A DNA stretch of 64,000 nucleotides from the human T2T-CHM13v2.0 reference genome, Homo sapiens (GCF_009914755.1 NC_060930.1); one strand, 5' to 3'; shown: positions 1-32,543, counted from the first letter of the stretch. Notes: generated by a model from the sequence alone, not told the origin. Numbers and translations are program-made.

Positions 1-330
1 GACAGTTCTTTTTAATAGTCACGTGTGTGTAAGGCACGTAAGATCATATCATGCAGGATATCTCTGCCACAACACTGATCTCTGGTAAGGCTTGTGAATC
101 AGTAGCATTTCTGACATTCATTTTGAACAAATAATCACTACATATGATGCCATTAAACCCAGAAAGTAGATACTTGGCCTATCCCTCAACATTAATGATT
201 TTTATTTAGCAACTGTCCTATTTCCATGTGAGTATTAATTCTATCTTTTCAAATTGCTTCATTCAATATGTATTTATTGGCAACTATTTTTGCATCATGT
301 CGGTGTAGTAGCAATCTCGAAAATACTCTG

Positions 331-640
331 AGGCTGGGGACGGTGCCTCACGCCTGTAATCCTAGCACTTTGGGAGGCCAAAGCAGGAGGATTACTTGCG
401 TGCAGGAGTTCAAGACCAGCCTGGGCAAGATGGTGAAACCCCATCTCTAAAAACCAAAAACAAAAAAATTTAACTCGGTGTGGTGGGGCACACCTGTAGT
501 CCCACCTACTCAGGAGGCCGAGATGGGAGGATCTCATGAACCCAGGAGTTCACAGCAGCAGTGAGTTATTATTGGGCCACTGCACTCCAGCCTGGGCAAA
601 AGATCGAGACCCCAGATCAAAAAATTAAAAAGTAAATAAA
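331..640 (+). mobile_element. Alu (old, J-like)
   Basis: Diverged dimeric Alu consensus with A-rich tail. Confidence 0.9.
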
Positions 641-865
641 GTCTGTGGCAGTATCTCAAAAAAATGAAGCTAAGCTCCAAGTAGTCCTCAGTATGTTCGC
701 ATTATCTGTTCTCTATAAAATAATTTATCAGCATGATGGATGCATATACTTATAATGTCAAGCATCATTATGATGGAAATAAAATATCAGAATAAGGTGA
801 GCAGTTTAGAGAGTTATGCCTGAGAAGCAGACTGTCATGCTTTATTCATATTCAAAAGTAAGATT

Positions 866-1182
<317 letters not shown>

Positions 1183-1226
1183 TCAAAGGTTACATATGCC
1201 ATGTAACATACTGTTTATTTTTTTAG

Positions 1227-2906
1227 AATGCTGATCCTAAGTCATCCCTCAAAGGTGTAAGCAACCAGCTTGGAGAAGGGCCCAGTGATGGACTGCCACT
1301 TTCAAGTAGCCTCCAGTTTCTTGAAGATGAACTCGAGTCTTCTCCTCTTCCTGATCTCACTGAGGACCAACCTTTCGACATTCTTCAGAAATCCTTGCAA
1401 GAGGCCAATATCACTGAACAGACATTGGCAGAAGAGGCATATTTGGATGCCAGTATAGGTTCAAGCCAACAGTTTGCACAAGCTCAGCTTCATCCTTCTT
1501 CATCAGCATCCTTTACTCAGGCTTCTAATGTTTCTAATTACTCAGGTCAGACGCTGCAGCCTATAGGGGTGACGCATGTGCCTGTTGGAGCATCGTTTGC
1601 AAGCAATACAGTGGGTGTACAACATGGCTTTATGCAACATGTGGGGATCAGTGTTCCCAGCCAGCATTTGTCTAATAGCAGTCAGATTAGTGGTTCTGGT
1701 CAAATACAGTTAATTGGGTCATTTGGTAATCATCCTTCCATGATGACTATTAATAACCTAGATGGATCTCAAATCATATTAAAGGGCAGCGGGCAGCAAG
1801 CCCCATCAAATGTGAGTGGAGGGCTCCTGGTTCATAGACAGACTCCTAATGGCAACTCCTTGTTTGGGAACTCTAGTTCCAGTCCAGTAGCACAGCCTGT
1901 TACCGTTCCATTTAACAGCACAAATTTTCAAACATCTTTACCTGTGCATAACATCATCATACAAAGGGGTCTTGCACCAAATTCAAATAAAGTCCCAATT
2001 AATATACAGCCAAAGCCTATCCAGATGGGTCAGCAAAATACATACAATGTGAACAATTTGGGAATTCAGCAGCACCACGTACAACAAGGGATCTCTTTTG
2101 CTTCTGCAAGCTCACCCCAGGGCTCAGTAGTTGGTCCACACATGTCTGTGAACATTGTAAACCAACAGAACACAAGAAAGCCAGTCACCTCACAGGCAGT
2201 GAGCAGCACTGGGGGCAGTATTGTTATTCATTCCCCCATGGGCCAACCTCACGCACCCCAAAGTCAGTTCCTTATACCTACAAGCCTTTCTGTCAGTTCC
2301 AACTCGGTACACCACGTCCAGACTATAAATGGGCAACTTCTTCAAACTCAACCCTCTCAGCTCATTTCTGGCCAAGTGGCCTCAGAGCATGTCATGTTGA
2401 ACAGAAACTCTTCCAACATGCTCAGGACCAACCAACCATATACTGGACCGATGCTTAACAACCAGAATACTGCTGTCCACTTAGTGTCTGGGCAGACATT
2501 TGCTGCCTCTGGAAGTCCAGTGATAGCCAATCATGCCTCTCCTCAGCTTGTGGGTGGACAGATGCCCTTGCAGCAGGCATCCCCAACTGTATTACACCTG
2601 TCACCTGGGCAGAGCAGCGTTTCCCAAGGAAGACCTGGCTTCGCCACCATGCCATCGGTGACAAGCATGTCAGGACCTAGTCGGTTCCCTGCTGTCAGCT
2701 CAGCCAGCACTGCCCATCCTAGTCTTGGGTCTGCAGTTCAGTCTGGTTCATCAGGATCAAACTTTACAGGAGATCAGCTGACCCAGCCAAACAGGACTCC
2801 AGTACCAGTCAGTGTGTCTCATCGTCTTCCAGTTTCTTCTTCCAAGTCTACCAGCACCTTCAGTAACACACCTGGAACAGGAACCCAGCAACAATTCTTC
2901 TGCCAG
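1227..2906 (+). CDS. BICRAL: BICRAL large internal coding exon (1680 nt, phase 0/0), Q/S/N/P/G-rich low-complexity region
   Basis: Acceptor tttttttag|AATGCT at 1227, donor TGCCAG|gtaatg at 2906. Open frame NADPKSSLKG...QPFDILQKSLQEANITEQTLAEEA...QQFFCQ, in frame with track ORF 1395-2927. I recognise the QPFDILQ..LQEANITEQTL motif as BICRA/BICRAL family. Confidence 0.97.
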
Positions 2907-2992
2907 GTAATGCCCTTTCCCAAATAAATATTTGGCTGATTATAGAATGGAAAAATGAGATGTGTATTTACTAGAATATAATTTTCATCCTA

Positions 2993-3645
<653 letters not shown>

Positions 3646-3669
3646 TTTTTTCTTAAAATTTTTTATCCA

Positions 3670-3900
3670 GTGTAGCATTGTAGAGTGGAGACTCTGGAGT
3701 TAGACTCTTGAGTTTGAATCTAAGCTTTATGACATGGAAAAAGTTAACTTACCATTCTAGACTTAATTGTCTTCATTAGTGAAATGGGGATAATGATACT
3801 GCCATCCCATGGAGTTATCAGGAGGGTGAAATGAGATAATCTATACAAAGCACTTAGACATAGACCCTGGCAAATAGCAAATACTCCATAGGAGCTTGTA
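3670..3900 (+). mobile_element. MIR
   Basis: MIR core: actctggagttagactcttgagtttgaatc ... gtgaaatggggataatgatac ... aaatgagataat ... aaagcactt. Confidence 0.75.
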
Positions 3901-4479
3901 TTTATACTTAATTAAATTCATTATGGGCATTTAAAATGAAAGCTTATTTTAGGTTATGTATTTACATTGTATAGCAGGCTATTAGGACATGTGACTGTGG
4001 ACTTGTTGAAGATGTGGTAGCTGCTTCTTGGTTGCCAACAGGAAAGGCTCAGGGACTCAGTGTGACTCAGTAGTGGGTAACTGGCCTGCCCCAGAGGGAA
4101 GCACATAAAGGGAGAGATCGAGGCACTCTCATTTGACCAAGTACCTGACCTGAGCTTGCTCTTACTATACTGTTATGCAGATTAATTACTGTGGGCACTT
4201 GGTAAACCACATAAGGATTATGTTTCTGAAAAGAATCTCAAATGGTCATGAGCTTTAGTCCTTCACTGTCATCTGCTGATCCTTCGACGGCTCCATCATT
4301 TGGTTCCCACTCATTCTGAGCATGCTCCATAGTTCCAGCTCCTCCTCTTCTCATCTGGGAGGACCCATGCCATACCCTACTTTCGACCCCTCAGTCCTGC
4401 GTTTCCCCTGCCTTTCTCCTCCTCCACATTCAGAAGGATTCAAAAACTTCTGTTTATATACGTCAACATATTTCAAAAT

Positions 4480-5092
<613 letters not shown>

Positions 5093-5094
5093 AG

Positions 5095-5192
5095 TATATA
5101 TATTATATATATATGTATGTATGTATATATATATACATATATATGTATATATATAATATATTATGTATTTATATATATATTAATGTATATAT
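5095..5192. repeat. Imperfect (TA)n/(TATG)n microsatellite
   Basis: Directly visible. Confidence 0.9.
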
Positions 5193-5312
5193 CAATTTTT
5201 TAAACCATATACCTTTGACTTACTAATTTCACTAAGAATCCTAGGGAAACAAAGATTGCTTATGATTAAGGATGTTCAGTTTATTTGTTTTGGTTTCAAA
5301 GATATCAAAGGG

Positions 5313-5314
<2 letters not shown>

Positions 5315-5344
<30 letters not shown>
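5315..5344. repeat. (GT)n microsatellite, about 15 units
   Basis: Directly visible. Confidence 0.95.
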
Positions 5345-8385
<3,041 letters not shown>

Positions 8386-8386
8386 G

Positions 8387-10584
<2,198 letters not shown>

Positions 10585-10639
10585 TCAGGCAACCAGTGAA
10601 ACCAGCTTTTATGGTGTGAGCTTAAGTTCCTTCCTCACT

Positions 10640-12660
<2,021 letters not shown>

Positions 12661-12761
12661 CTGTGAACTAAGTCTTTTTGTGCAGAGAGTGATTTACAGG
12701 ATTTACACTTTCTTGTAAGTGGATTAAAATTCAAAAGTCAGTTGCTAAGGAGACAATTTAA

Positions 12762-14205
<1,444 letters not shown>

Positions 14206-14819
14206 AATCGCTCTGAATTTTTGCTGAAGTTTCTAGTCCCGCTCTGCCCCTCCCTACTTCCCTATCCCCCTTGTAGCTCAGCCTGCCTTCCTTATGTGGA
14301 ACCGTTGTATTTTCAGACGTCTGGACTTAAAAATCTAGATGTTCTTGTTTTCTTCTTCTCCTTCTATGCCTTTAATGAATTACCAAATCCAATAAATGAT
14401 TTGAAAATGTCTCCTATCCATTCTCTCCAATAACAATGAAAATACTAATCATATTACTAACGAGGACAGTGCTGGGGCTCCACACACTATTTCTAATTAC
14501 GTTGGAGCTACATGTAGCATTATTGTTCCCACGTCACAGCAGAGAATATGGGGGTTCAGAGCTTGGACAAATTACTCATAAAGGCTAACTTTACCTGTTA
14601 GTTATCTATACCACACTGCTTCCCATTTTTCTCCTTTTCTACATCCATACCCCAAGGTAGGCTTTAAGAGAGACTAGAATATAACAGAAAAACAGGAGGT
14701 GAATCAGCAGTTCCAGTTCAGTCATAGGTACCACTCTGCCAGCGAGTGGTTTCTGAGCTAAGCTTGTATCTTAAACTCTCTGAGCCCTAGTTTTGTCTTT
14801 TCTAAAATGAGGAACTCTA

Positions 14820-14985
14820 GCTGTGCAATAGAATTACCTGGGGAGCTTTTTAAAACTGTGGATGCCTGAGCCTCACCCACATAAATTCTGACTTAAATAG
14901 TCTGGAGAAAGGGCTTTAGGCATCAGCATTTTTCAAAAGCTCCCCAAGTGATTTTAAAGTGCAGCCAGGATACAGAAGTACTGTG
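14820..14985. mobile_element. MER5-family hAT-Charlie relic
   Basis: agaattacctggggagctttttaaaa ... ttctgacttaaatagtctgg ... aaaagctccccaagtgatt (internal inverted symmetry typical of MER5). Confidence 0.75.
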
Positions 14986-15474
14986 CTACCTGATTTCCAA
15001 AGCCCATTGCAACCCTAACGCCTCCGAATTAGACAGCTGCAACAATTATCTAGGTGATTAATCTGCTTTCGTCCTCTTCCTAAAGAAGGCAGATTTCCAC
15101 ATTAATCCTCCTAAAATATTTGAACCAAATCATCAGGGAGCTTCTCATTCCCACGGGAGAAAGCACAAATCTCCGACCTGGCAGTCAGGGTTCTCTAGTC
15201 AGAAACCCTCCACTTCCACCAGGCTGATCCCCTGTTTTTCCCACAAATAGGCCAGACTCATTGTGTGTTCAGGCCTTTGTTGATGGGTATACATTGAATG
15301 TCCTTTCCTTCCCTGTTTAAATTCTTCCCCTCCTTCAAGGTCCCACCCAAAGCCCCTAGAAAAAATGAAGGTTTTTCAGTCCCTTCACTGATCTCTTCCT
15401 GCCTATTATACTTTTTATTTGTACACCCCACTAGGTACATAACCACTTACTTTGTTAAATGTTTTCTACATTGA

Positions 15475-17630
<2,156 letters not shown>

Positions 17631-17899
17631 TGTAGCAAGAGAAGGTGGGAAAGGGTAAGATTGTAGCTTTCGTGGTAGAAAGTTATCTAGCTTATAGGTT
17701 TGCTTATAATAAAATAGCATTCAAAAGAGCTGACTAAAGGGAAAAAAAGGATTACTGGACAGCTGTGGGGTTGGATTCCAGTTGAGGCTGGGCACCATAA
17801 TTATAACACACTGATCTATCATGTTTCTGTGAGCCTGTGTGTTTCTTGGATGGTAAATTTGAGATAAAGACTGTTTGGTATCCTTCGGCTGCCTTCTCT

Positions 17900-18197
<298 letters not shown>

Positions 18198-18429
18198 TAA
18201 CATGTTTGGGAGATGTGTTTTGTGAATGAGCCCAAGTCCAGGAAGTATAGTGTAGCACCTTATGAGGGCAAGAATTCAGGTTCTCTGCTGCTCTCTGGGC
18301 CTCTTCACGACAGCATGGCCTTTTAGCTCTCCTTCATTGTTCTCCCTCCTTGTTCTCCTGGACTAAAATGATTGCCCCAGGCTATCTTTACATTATTCCA
18401 AACCAAGCATTTAACAGCCACTGGCAGGT

Positions 18430-19245
<816 letters not shown>

Positions 19246-19554
19246 CTCTTGATATCCATCCCTTACCCCCGCTTCAAATTCTCCAGAGAGTCTGATTAGG
19301 CCACTTGTGGTTGAGTAAACCATGACTGGAGGGGTAGTCTTCTGGGCGGCACAAGGAAGTAGTTTTCCAGGGCCTCTGCTGCTCAATCTGGAGCCTTTGT
19401 ACAAATTAGGAAAAAGTGCCCCTCAGGGCCAAAGTATAAAAAGGCACCCCTCTGGGTAGACAACCTGCTTTACTGGTAGGCTTGGCACTTTTAGAGGGTG
19501 TGTAGCGGTTGCTTCTTCCCTGGACTTTAGCTCTTATCTGCCCTCTGGCAAGTA

Positions 19555-21140
<1,586 letters not shown>

Positions 21141-21278
21141 TAAAATCCTCAAGCGATTGCAAATTTTCATGCTCTGACATTAGATTATTATTTTTGTTTT
21201 CTTTCAATCTTTTATATTGTAAAATAGAACACATTCAGGAAATGTATAAAACATAAATGTATCATTGACAATTAATTA

Positions 21279-24121
<2,843 letters not shown>

Positions 24122-24809
24122 TTAAGAACTAAAAGGAACTTAGTTCTTAAACATTATCCATTTCATCTTCCCCATTTATAGAAAAGAAACACACAACAAT
24201 TTAAACATTGGATTAATTTTTCTAATTATATTTTGCTCAGGCTAATATTAAATTGATTTTCATTTCTCAATTGCATGCCACCTGATGTTGACACAACACA
24301 AACTAGAGATATACCAGATGGTAGTGATGAAATATACTTTATATCATCTACACAGCAAAACAATGAGTGGTGACAAAAAATTTGGGGTTGGCCCTTGGTC
24401 CCTGACCAGGTGCTTGGAGTCTGTGCAGACCCCACATAGGAGCTGATAGTCAGGATCATAATCCTAGCAGGCAGGATATAAGGTTACTGGGGGTAGAAAT
24501 TCCCAGCTGCAGCTTTTTCATCTGAGCACCACAAACACAGCAGCCCCGGGAGCAAGAAAATAGCCTGGTATCAACTCAGCATCCCCGCTGAATGGCATCA
24601 GGAAAATTCAGTGTGCCTGCAGATTGTTAAAGGATGTACTTTGCAGTTCCCCTGAAGTGATAAGAAAATACAATTATTAAATTTTTGGTTTGTTTATAAT
24701 CTAACCTGAAGGTACCAGGGAGGCATGAAGAGGCTTGGTTGGTATTTAAAATAATCTGTTAAAGCTTTAGAAATGAAATTAATGTTTTCATCTTTGTCAT
24801 GTTTCACAG

Positions 24810-24915
24810 GCTCAGAAAAAATGTCTGAATCAGACTTCCCCCATTTCTGCTCCCAAGACCACAGACGGCCTGAGGCAAGCACAGATCCCTGGGCTCTTGA
24901 GCACCACACTGCCAG
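24810..24915 (+). CDS. BICRAL: BICRAL coding exon (106 nt, phase 0/1)
   Basis: tttcacag|GCTCAG ... CCAG|gtcagg; encodes [35 protein letters not shown](G); phases fit neighbours. Confidence 0.92.
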
Positions 24916-25178
24916 GTCAGGAGCTTCCTCAGTTTGTCCCTGTCCTCCCAACACCACGGGATGCTCTTCTCACTTTTCTCCCTCATTCTGCACGAAAGCT
25001 TTCTGGCTTAATCTCGTCTCCACTCCGATTATTCCTTTCTTTCTGTATCCTTTCCGCAAATAATATACTGTGTTGCATCAACTCTAAGATAGCATTGGGC
25101 CGGGCACGGTGGCTCACGCCTGTAATGCCAGCACTTTGGGAGGCCAAGGAGAGTGGATCACCTGAGATCAGGAGTTCA

Positions 25179-25439
<261 letters not shown>

Positions 25440-25652
25440 TTATACTACCAAAAAGAAAAACAAGCACTTCTATCTAAATTATGACACATTAAATTATGTG
25501 GAAAAAAAATACTTCTTAGAAACAATAAATTGAGGCCGGGCACGGTGGCTCACACCTGTAATCCCAGCACTTTGGGAGGCCGAGGCGGGCAGATCATGAG
25601 GTCAGGAGATCAAGACCAGCCTGGCCAACATGGTGAAACCCTGTCTGTACTA

Positions 25653-25835
<183 letters not shown>

Positions 25836-26356
25836 TTATCCCCATGTTGCTCTCTACATGCATGTTTGGAATTCTCCACCCAGACTGAAAATATTATGGA
25901 CTATGTCTTCCGTTTTTTCTAAGGCTTTGAACATCTGCAGTACCCAATTAGTACTTAAAAAAAAAAAGGCAAGAAAGAGAAAAAGCTTGAATATTCCCAG
26001 TCAATTGCCTCTTTGGGCCTCCCTTTCCTTAAATTGTATTTTGGGATTCTGTAGTGCTGACAGATTACTGGCTTGAGGCCTGTTTTTCAGACTATAAATA
26101 ATTTGAAACTATAGCATTTGGAGCTTCTATTTATTACTATTTACTTATTTATTACTTAAATAGGCTTTAATAACCTCTTCCTTTAGAGCTTGTAAGTAAA
26201 TGCACTACCCTGCCCTCCTTCTTCACAGCAAGCAGCCATGATAAAGAAACCCGTTTCAGAATGCTCAACAGTCTGTACCCATTGGGTTCTAGGGTTATAT
26301 GATGGACCCAATTTACTGTTTCTTTTGAACACTGTCTCATGTATTAATTCTAATAG

Positions 26357-26457
26357 GGCAGGATTCTGGAAGCAAAGTTATATCCGCATCCTTAGGAACC
26401 GCACAACCACAGCAGGAAAAAGTAGTTGGATCATCTCCTGGCCATCCAGCTGTGCAG
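26357..26457 (+). CDS. BICRAL: BICRAL coding exon (101 nt, phase 1/0)
   Basis: ctaatag|GGCAGG ... GTGCAG|gtagaa; encodes (G)QDSGSKVISASLGTAQPQQEKVVGSSPGHPAVQ. Confidence 0.9.
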
Positions 26458-28115
26458 GTAGAAAACTATTGGCATAGCCTCTTCCTAATGTTCGGCATAA
26501 TTGAATGAAAATGTAGTCGTGCTATCTTTGTGGTTGCTGGCTAGCTTTGTGTGCACAGTCCACCCAGTCCCCTGTGTGCCCACAACAGGGTGGTCATTGA
26601 AGACCTTCCTGGTGGGCTGGGCCTTGTTATGTTTATGTTTCTGAGATGAATGTCTATTCTATTTCTGACATGTTTACAGTGCTTCATTAATCCATCATTT
26701 CCTCATGAATTAGTAATATACCAGCAGCTAGTACATACTAGGCACTCAAAAAATGTCATTTACTACTAGGTGATATCGTTCACTATTATATCAAAGCGAA
26801 TCTCTTCTTCTTAGTTATACTGAGGGATTTTTGTTTTTCTGTAGTAGTAACCAGGCGTATAGGAAGTAGGCCATCCCTACGGTCTTTTGACCCAACTTTG
26901 ACACTTTTTAAAGTCCAACTTTTTGGTTTTTGTTTGAGACAGGGTCTCACTCTGTCACCCAGGCTGGCATGCAGTAGTGCAATCACAGCTTACTGCAGCC
27001 TTGACCTCCCAGGCTCAGGTGACCCTCCTGCCTCAGCCTTCTGGGTAGCTAGGACAATGCCCAGCTGTTTTTTTGTATTTTTTGTAGAGATAGGATTTTG
27101 CCATGTTGCTCACACCTGTCTCAAACTCCTGGGCCCAAGCCATCCACCCACCTCAGCCTCCCAAAGTACCTGGATTACAGGTGTGAGCCACTGTGCCCTG
27201 TCTAGTCCAGCTGGGTTTTTTGTTTTGTTTTTGTTTTTGTTTTTGTTTTGTTTTGAGTTGGGGTCTCACCCTGTCACTCAGACTGTGCTGCAGTGGTGTG
27301 ATCACAGCTCACTGAAGCCTCGATCACCTGGGCTCATGCGATCCTCCCACCTCAGCTTCCTGAGTAGCTGGGACTACAGGCACGCACCACCACGCCTGGC
27401 TAATATTTTTATATTTTTTTTAAGAGAAAACGTTTTGCCATGTTGGCCAGGCTGGTCTGAAACTCCTGGGCTCAAGCAATTCTCCCACCTCAGCCTACCA
27501 AAGTGCTAGAATTACAGGCTTAAGCAACCACTCCTGGCCTAGTTTTTTTTGTTTGTTTGTTTTTTTGATACATGATAGATGTACGTATTTTCAGGGCACA
27601 TTTGATAACTTCAAGTTTGGCTTTTAAACCTAAAAGATTTCAAACTACTAGTCTAAAATGGAAGGAAACATTTCTTGTTTTCAGCTTACTAAGACAGTTT
27701 CGTTTCCATCAGACCTACCAATTAGTGGTTGAATGAAACTTGCTGCAGTGTGGGACTGCCTGGAATACACAGTGAAGGATCTGTTCAGTTCTAAGGTTCT
27801 GAGATAAGGCCTATTTGTTTCCTTAACATGATGTAAAAAATGCCTCGTTAGATCACACACCTGGACTATATATAACAGGAGCTTAAAAGTGTGTATCCCA
27901 TACTTACACTGAGAAGATGGATTAGATAGTATCTACTGACTTTTCAGATGTCTGTGGAATTTCAAAAATATAACGATGGGTCAGTGCTGTGGCTCACACC
28001 TGTAATCCCAACACTTTGGGAGGCCAAGGCAGGCGGATGGCTTGAGTCCAGGAGTTCGAGACAAGCCTGGAAAATATGGCAAAACTCCGTCTCTACAAAA
28101 AATACCAAAAAATTA

Positions 28116-28256
<141 letters not shown>

Positions 28257-28265
28257 TCAAAAAAC

Positions 28266-28292
28266 ATGATGATGATGATGATGATGATGATG
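28266..28292. repeat. (ATG)n trinucleotide repeat, about 9 units, at an Alu tail
   Basis: Directly visible. Confidence 0.9.
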
Positions 28293-28574
28293 GTGCATTT
28301 AGAGAGGAGGTAGGCATTCAGGCTTTAAAGTGCAAACTGAGTCCCTCTCAGGAACCGATTATACACCTTTCTGTAATCTTAACACAGTACAACTTTGTTT
28401 CATGGACTCTGTGTACTGGTTTTTTTTTTTTTATTTTTCAGCAGGGCACATTCTGTAGTCTTAGAATATGTTCTTGATAGGTAGTTGAAAATATGTGAAC
28501 TATAGTGACCTTTATGTATAACTGTATTCTTTTTTCTATAAAAGGGAATAATAAGAGGTTTGTTTTGTCTTTAG

Positions 28575-28636
28575 GTGGAGAGTCATTCGGGAGGACAAAA
28601 AAGGCCTGCTGCGAAACAGCTAACGAAAGGAGCTTT
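28575..28636 (+). CDS. BICRAL: BICRAL coding exon (62 nt, phase 0/2)
   Basis: tctttag|GTGGAG ... GCTTT|gtgagt; encodes VESHSGGQKRPAAKQLTKGA(F). Confidence 0.93.
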
Positions 28637-29808
28637 GTGAGTTACTCTCGGAAATGACAAATCAATTCTGAACACTTCTTTGGGTCCCTAGCCTTCAATA
28701 AATATACCACAGAAAACAGGTTATAATAATGAGTATATTAGCCTTTTTAAAAATGTACTTTGAGGCAAGGCATGGTGACTCACTCCTGTAATCTCAGCAC
28801 TTTGGGAGTCTTAAGGCAGGAGGATCACTTGAGCCCAGGAGTTTGAGACCAGCCTGGGCAACATGGCTCTGCAAAAAATACAAAAATTAGCCAGGCGTGG
28901 TGGTACGGGCCTGTAGTCCCAGCTACTTGGGAGGCTGAGGTGGGAGGATAGCTTGAGTTCTGAGGTGGAGCTTGCAGTGAATTGGAGATTGCGCCACTGC
29001 ACTCCAGCCTGGGTGACAGAGCAAGACCCTGTCTCAAAATATATACATATATACTTTGAAAATCTTTTTCTATACTTTCTTTTCCTTTTTTTTTTTTTTT
29101 TTTTTTTTTTGAGACAGAGTCTTGCTCTGTCGTCCAGGCTGGAGTGCAGTGGGACGATCTCGGCTCACTACAGCCTCCGCCTTCTGGGCTCAAGTGATTC
29201 TCCCACCTCAGCCTCTGGAATAGCTGGGATTATAGGCACCCGCCATCACGCCTGGCTAATTTTTGTATTTTTGTAGAGACAGAGTTTCACCATGTTGGCC
29301 AGGCTGGTCTTGAACTCCTGACCTCAGGTGATCCACCCACCTCAGCCTCCCAAAGTGCTAGGATTACAGGTAGTGTATACATTTCAAATATATTGAATGT
29401 AGTTTCAGCCTACTGTTTGCTCTTTTCTTCTTAAGGAGAATAGTTCTTTGTCTTTTCAGAGACAAAGAATCTCTGAGGAAAAGCGTGGTTTGGTAAACTC
29501 CCATGTTTAGAACAGAAATGTTAGCATGAACTTAGTTGGCCAATGGTCAGGCACTGCCAAGGTTTATAGGGGTGCCAACACATAAATGATTGGTGGGAAC
29601 CTGTGCTTTTGAGGTCAGGGTCATAGTTTGAGTCCTCTGTGGGGCTAGTTAAACTAAGTTATAAACCCACTATGGTATAAAAAATATAAAACTAAAAAAC
29701 TGCCGTATTATTCCTATATATCTTATTTTATTTGCATGCAAATAAATATGACTAGATTTAATTTCCTAACATGACTTTACATTGACATTGACCATTTCCC
29801 TTGTAAAG

Positions 29809-29954
29809 CATTCTCCAGCAGTTGCAGAGGGACCAAGCCCACACTGTGACACCAGACAAAAGTCACTTCCGATCACTAAGTGATGCGGTACAGAGACTGC
29901 TCTCCTACCACGTGTGCCAGGGCTCCATGCCCACTGAAGAAGACTTGAGAAAAG
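29809..29954 (+). CDS. BICRAL: BICRAL coding exon (146 nt, phase 2/1), start of GLTSCR1 domain
   Basis: ttgtaaag|CATTCT ... AAAG|gtaagc; encodes ILQQLQRDQAHTVTPDKSHFRSLSDAVQRLLSYHVCQGSMPTEEDLRK. Confidence 0.94.
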
Positions 29955-30318
29955 GTAAGCAGGCTGGGACCCTAAGGCACCACTCTGATACCAGGAAACC
30001 CTCCATGGACACCCCCCAGAAAAGCAAGAGCCACATCACCCCCAGATGGTAGGCAGGTTATTGTTTTTAATCACAGACCAAACTTGTTCCCTGTTTACTC
30101 AATTTCCCAGTCCATGTTTAAGGTTGTGACTTACACTTCTCAGTATTTTTTGAAGGGAAGTCAAGAGTAGGGGCACACACCTGTAGTCCCAGCTACTCAG
30201 AAGGCTAAAGCAAGAAGATCATGTGAGCCCAGGAGTTTGAGACTATAGTGTGCTATGATCACGCCTGTAAATAGCCATTGCACTCCTGCCTGGGCAACAT
30301 AGGGAGACACTGTCTCTT

Positions 30319-30349
<31 letters not shown>

Positions 30350-30661
30350 TATATTTTTTAGGAGGGTACCCTAATGTCAGAGTATTTTATTGACAAATTA
30401 GGGACAGTAAATCCAAAGCTTTGTATGGACTGCCGGCTCCAGATGGGATGGCTTTGCACTAGACACTCTACACAGTGGTTTTGCATAGTCCTTGCCTTTA
30501 GGCCATATGCATACCCTGAATTTTTTTTTTTTTTTTTTTTTTTTTGAGATGGAGTCTCGCTCTGTCACCCAGGTTGGAGTGCAGTGGCACGATCAACTCA
30601 CTGCAACCTCTGCCTCCCAGGTTCAAGTGACTCTCCCTGCCTCAGCCTCCCCAGTGGCTGA

Positions 30662-30838
<177 letters not shown>

Positions 30839-30923
30839 TAATAGTTTTATGAATTAGGCACTTGAGCTCCCAAAAGCATTCCCTAAGATTCCAAAATGAG
30901 TCCAGAGCATTGGCCACACATCA

Positions 30924-31313
<390 letters not shown>

Positions 31314-31374
31314 TCACCTGAGGTCAGGAGTTCGAGACCAGCCTGACCAACATGGAGAAACCCTGTGTCTACTA

Positions 31375-31563
<189 letters not shown>

Positions 31564-31889
31564 TTAGAGATAAGAGCCCCTTCCCCAAACCTAGAACTCC
31601 TTCTGTCCTGATGCCTGGCCATGCTCTTTCCCACCACCACCGCTAAGGCCTGGCTGTATCAGTGCCCTCCTCTTTTCTAATCCCTTCCTCAGCTGCTACA
31701 AGTCTTACTCCTCCTGGCAGGGACCTCTAATCTCAGGGCACAGTGGTTTCTGTGAGTCCACTGTGGGCTTCCCTAGGACACCAAGGAATAGGGTCAAGAT
31801 CCAGCGTTAAACAGGGGGTGTGAAAGGGCTGGGCATGGTTCTTCACGCCTATAAGCCCAGCATTTTGGAAGGCCGAGGTGGGCAGATCA

Positions 31890-32168
<279 letters not shown>

Positions 32169-32263
32169 TCAAATCCTTGGAGACCAACAGACAGAGGACA
32201 GAGCCACATGACCATGACAGTTTAATGTAAAGCTGTGTCTTTACATTAAACTGGTTTACCTAG

Positions 32264-32543
<280 letters not shown>

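Noticed and set aside
57-84. Possible 28-nt exon (cag|GATATC...TCTG|gtaagg)
   Set aside because: Good donor but no polypyrimidine tract, frame-shifting length, and no match to the BICRAL N-terminus as I recall it.
1395-2927. 510-aa ORF as a stand-alone gene
   Set aside because: It starts at a TTG inside a spliced exon and runs through the donor at 2906; it is part of BICRAL.
4063-4069. AP-1 site TGACTCA in unique intronic DNA
   Set aside because: A single 7-mer is expected several times by chance in 64 kb; no supporting cluster.
27828-27912. Possible intronic C/D snoRNA (ATGATGT ... CTGA, about 85 nt)
   Set aside because: Box C is mismatched, there is no convincing terminal stem, and I recognise no rRNA/snRNA guide; a snoscan or Rfam search would settle it.
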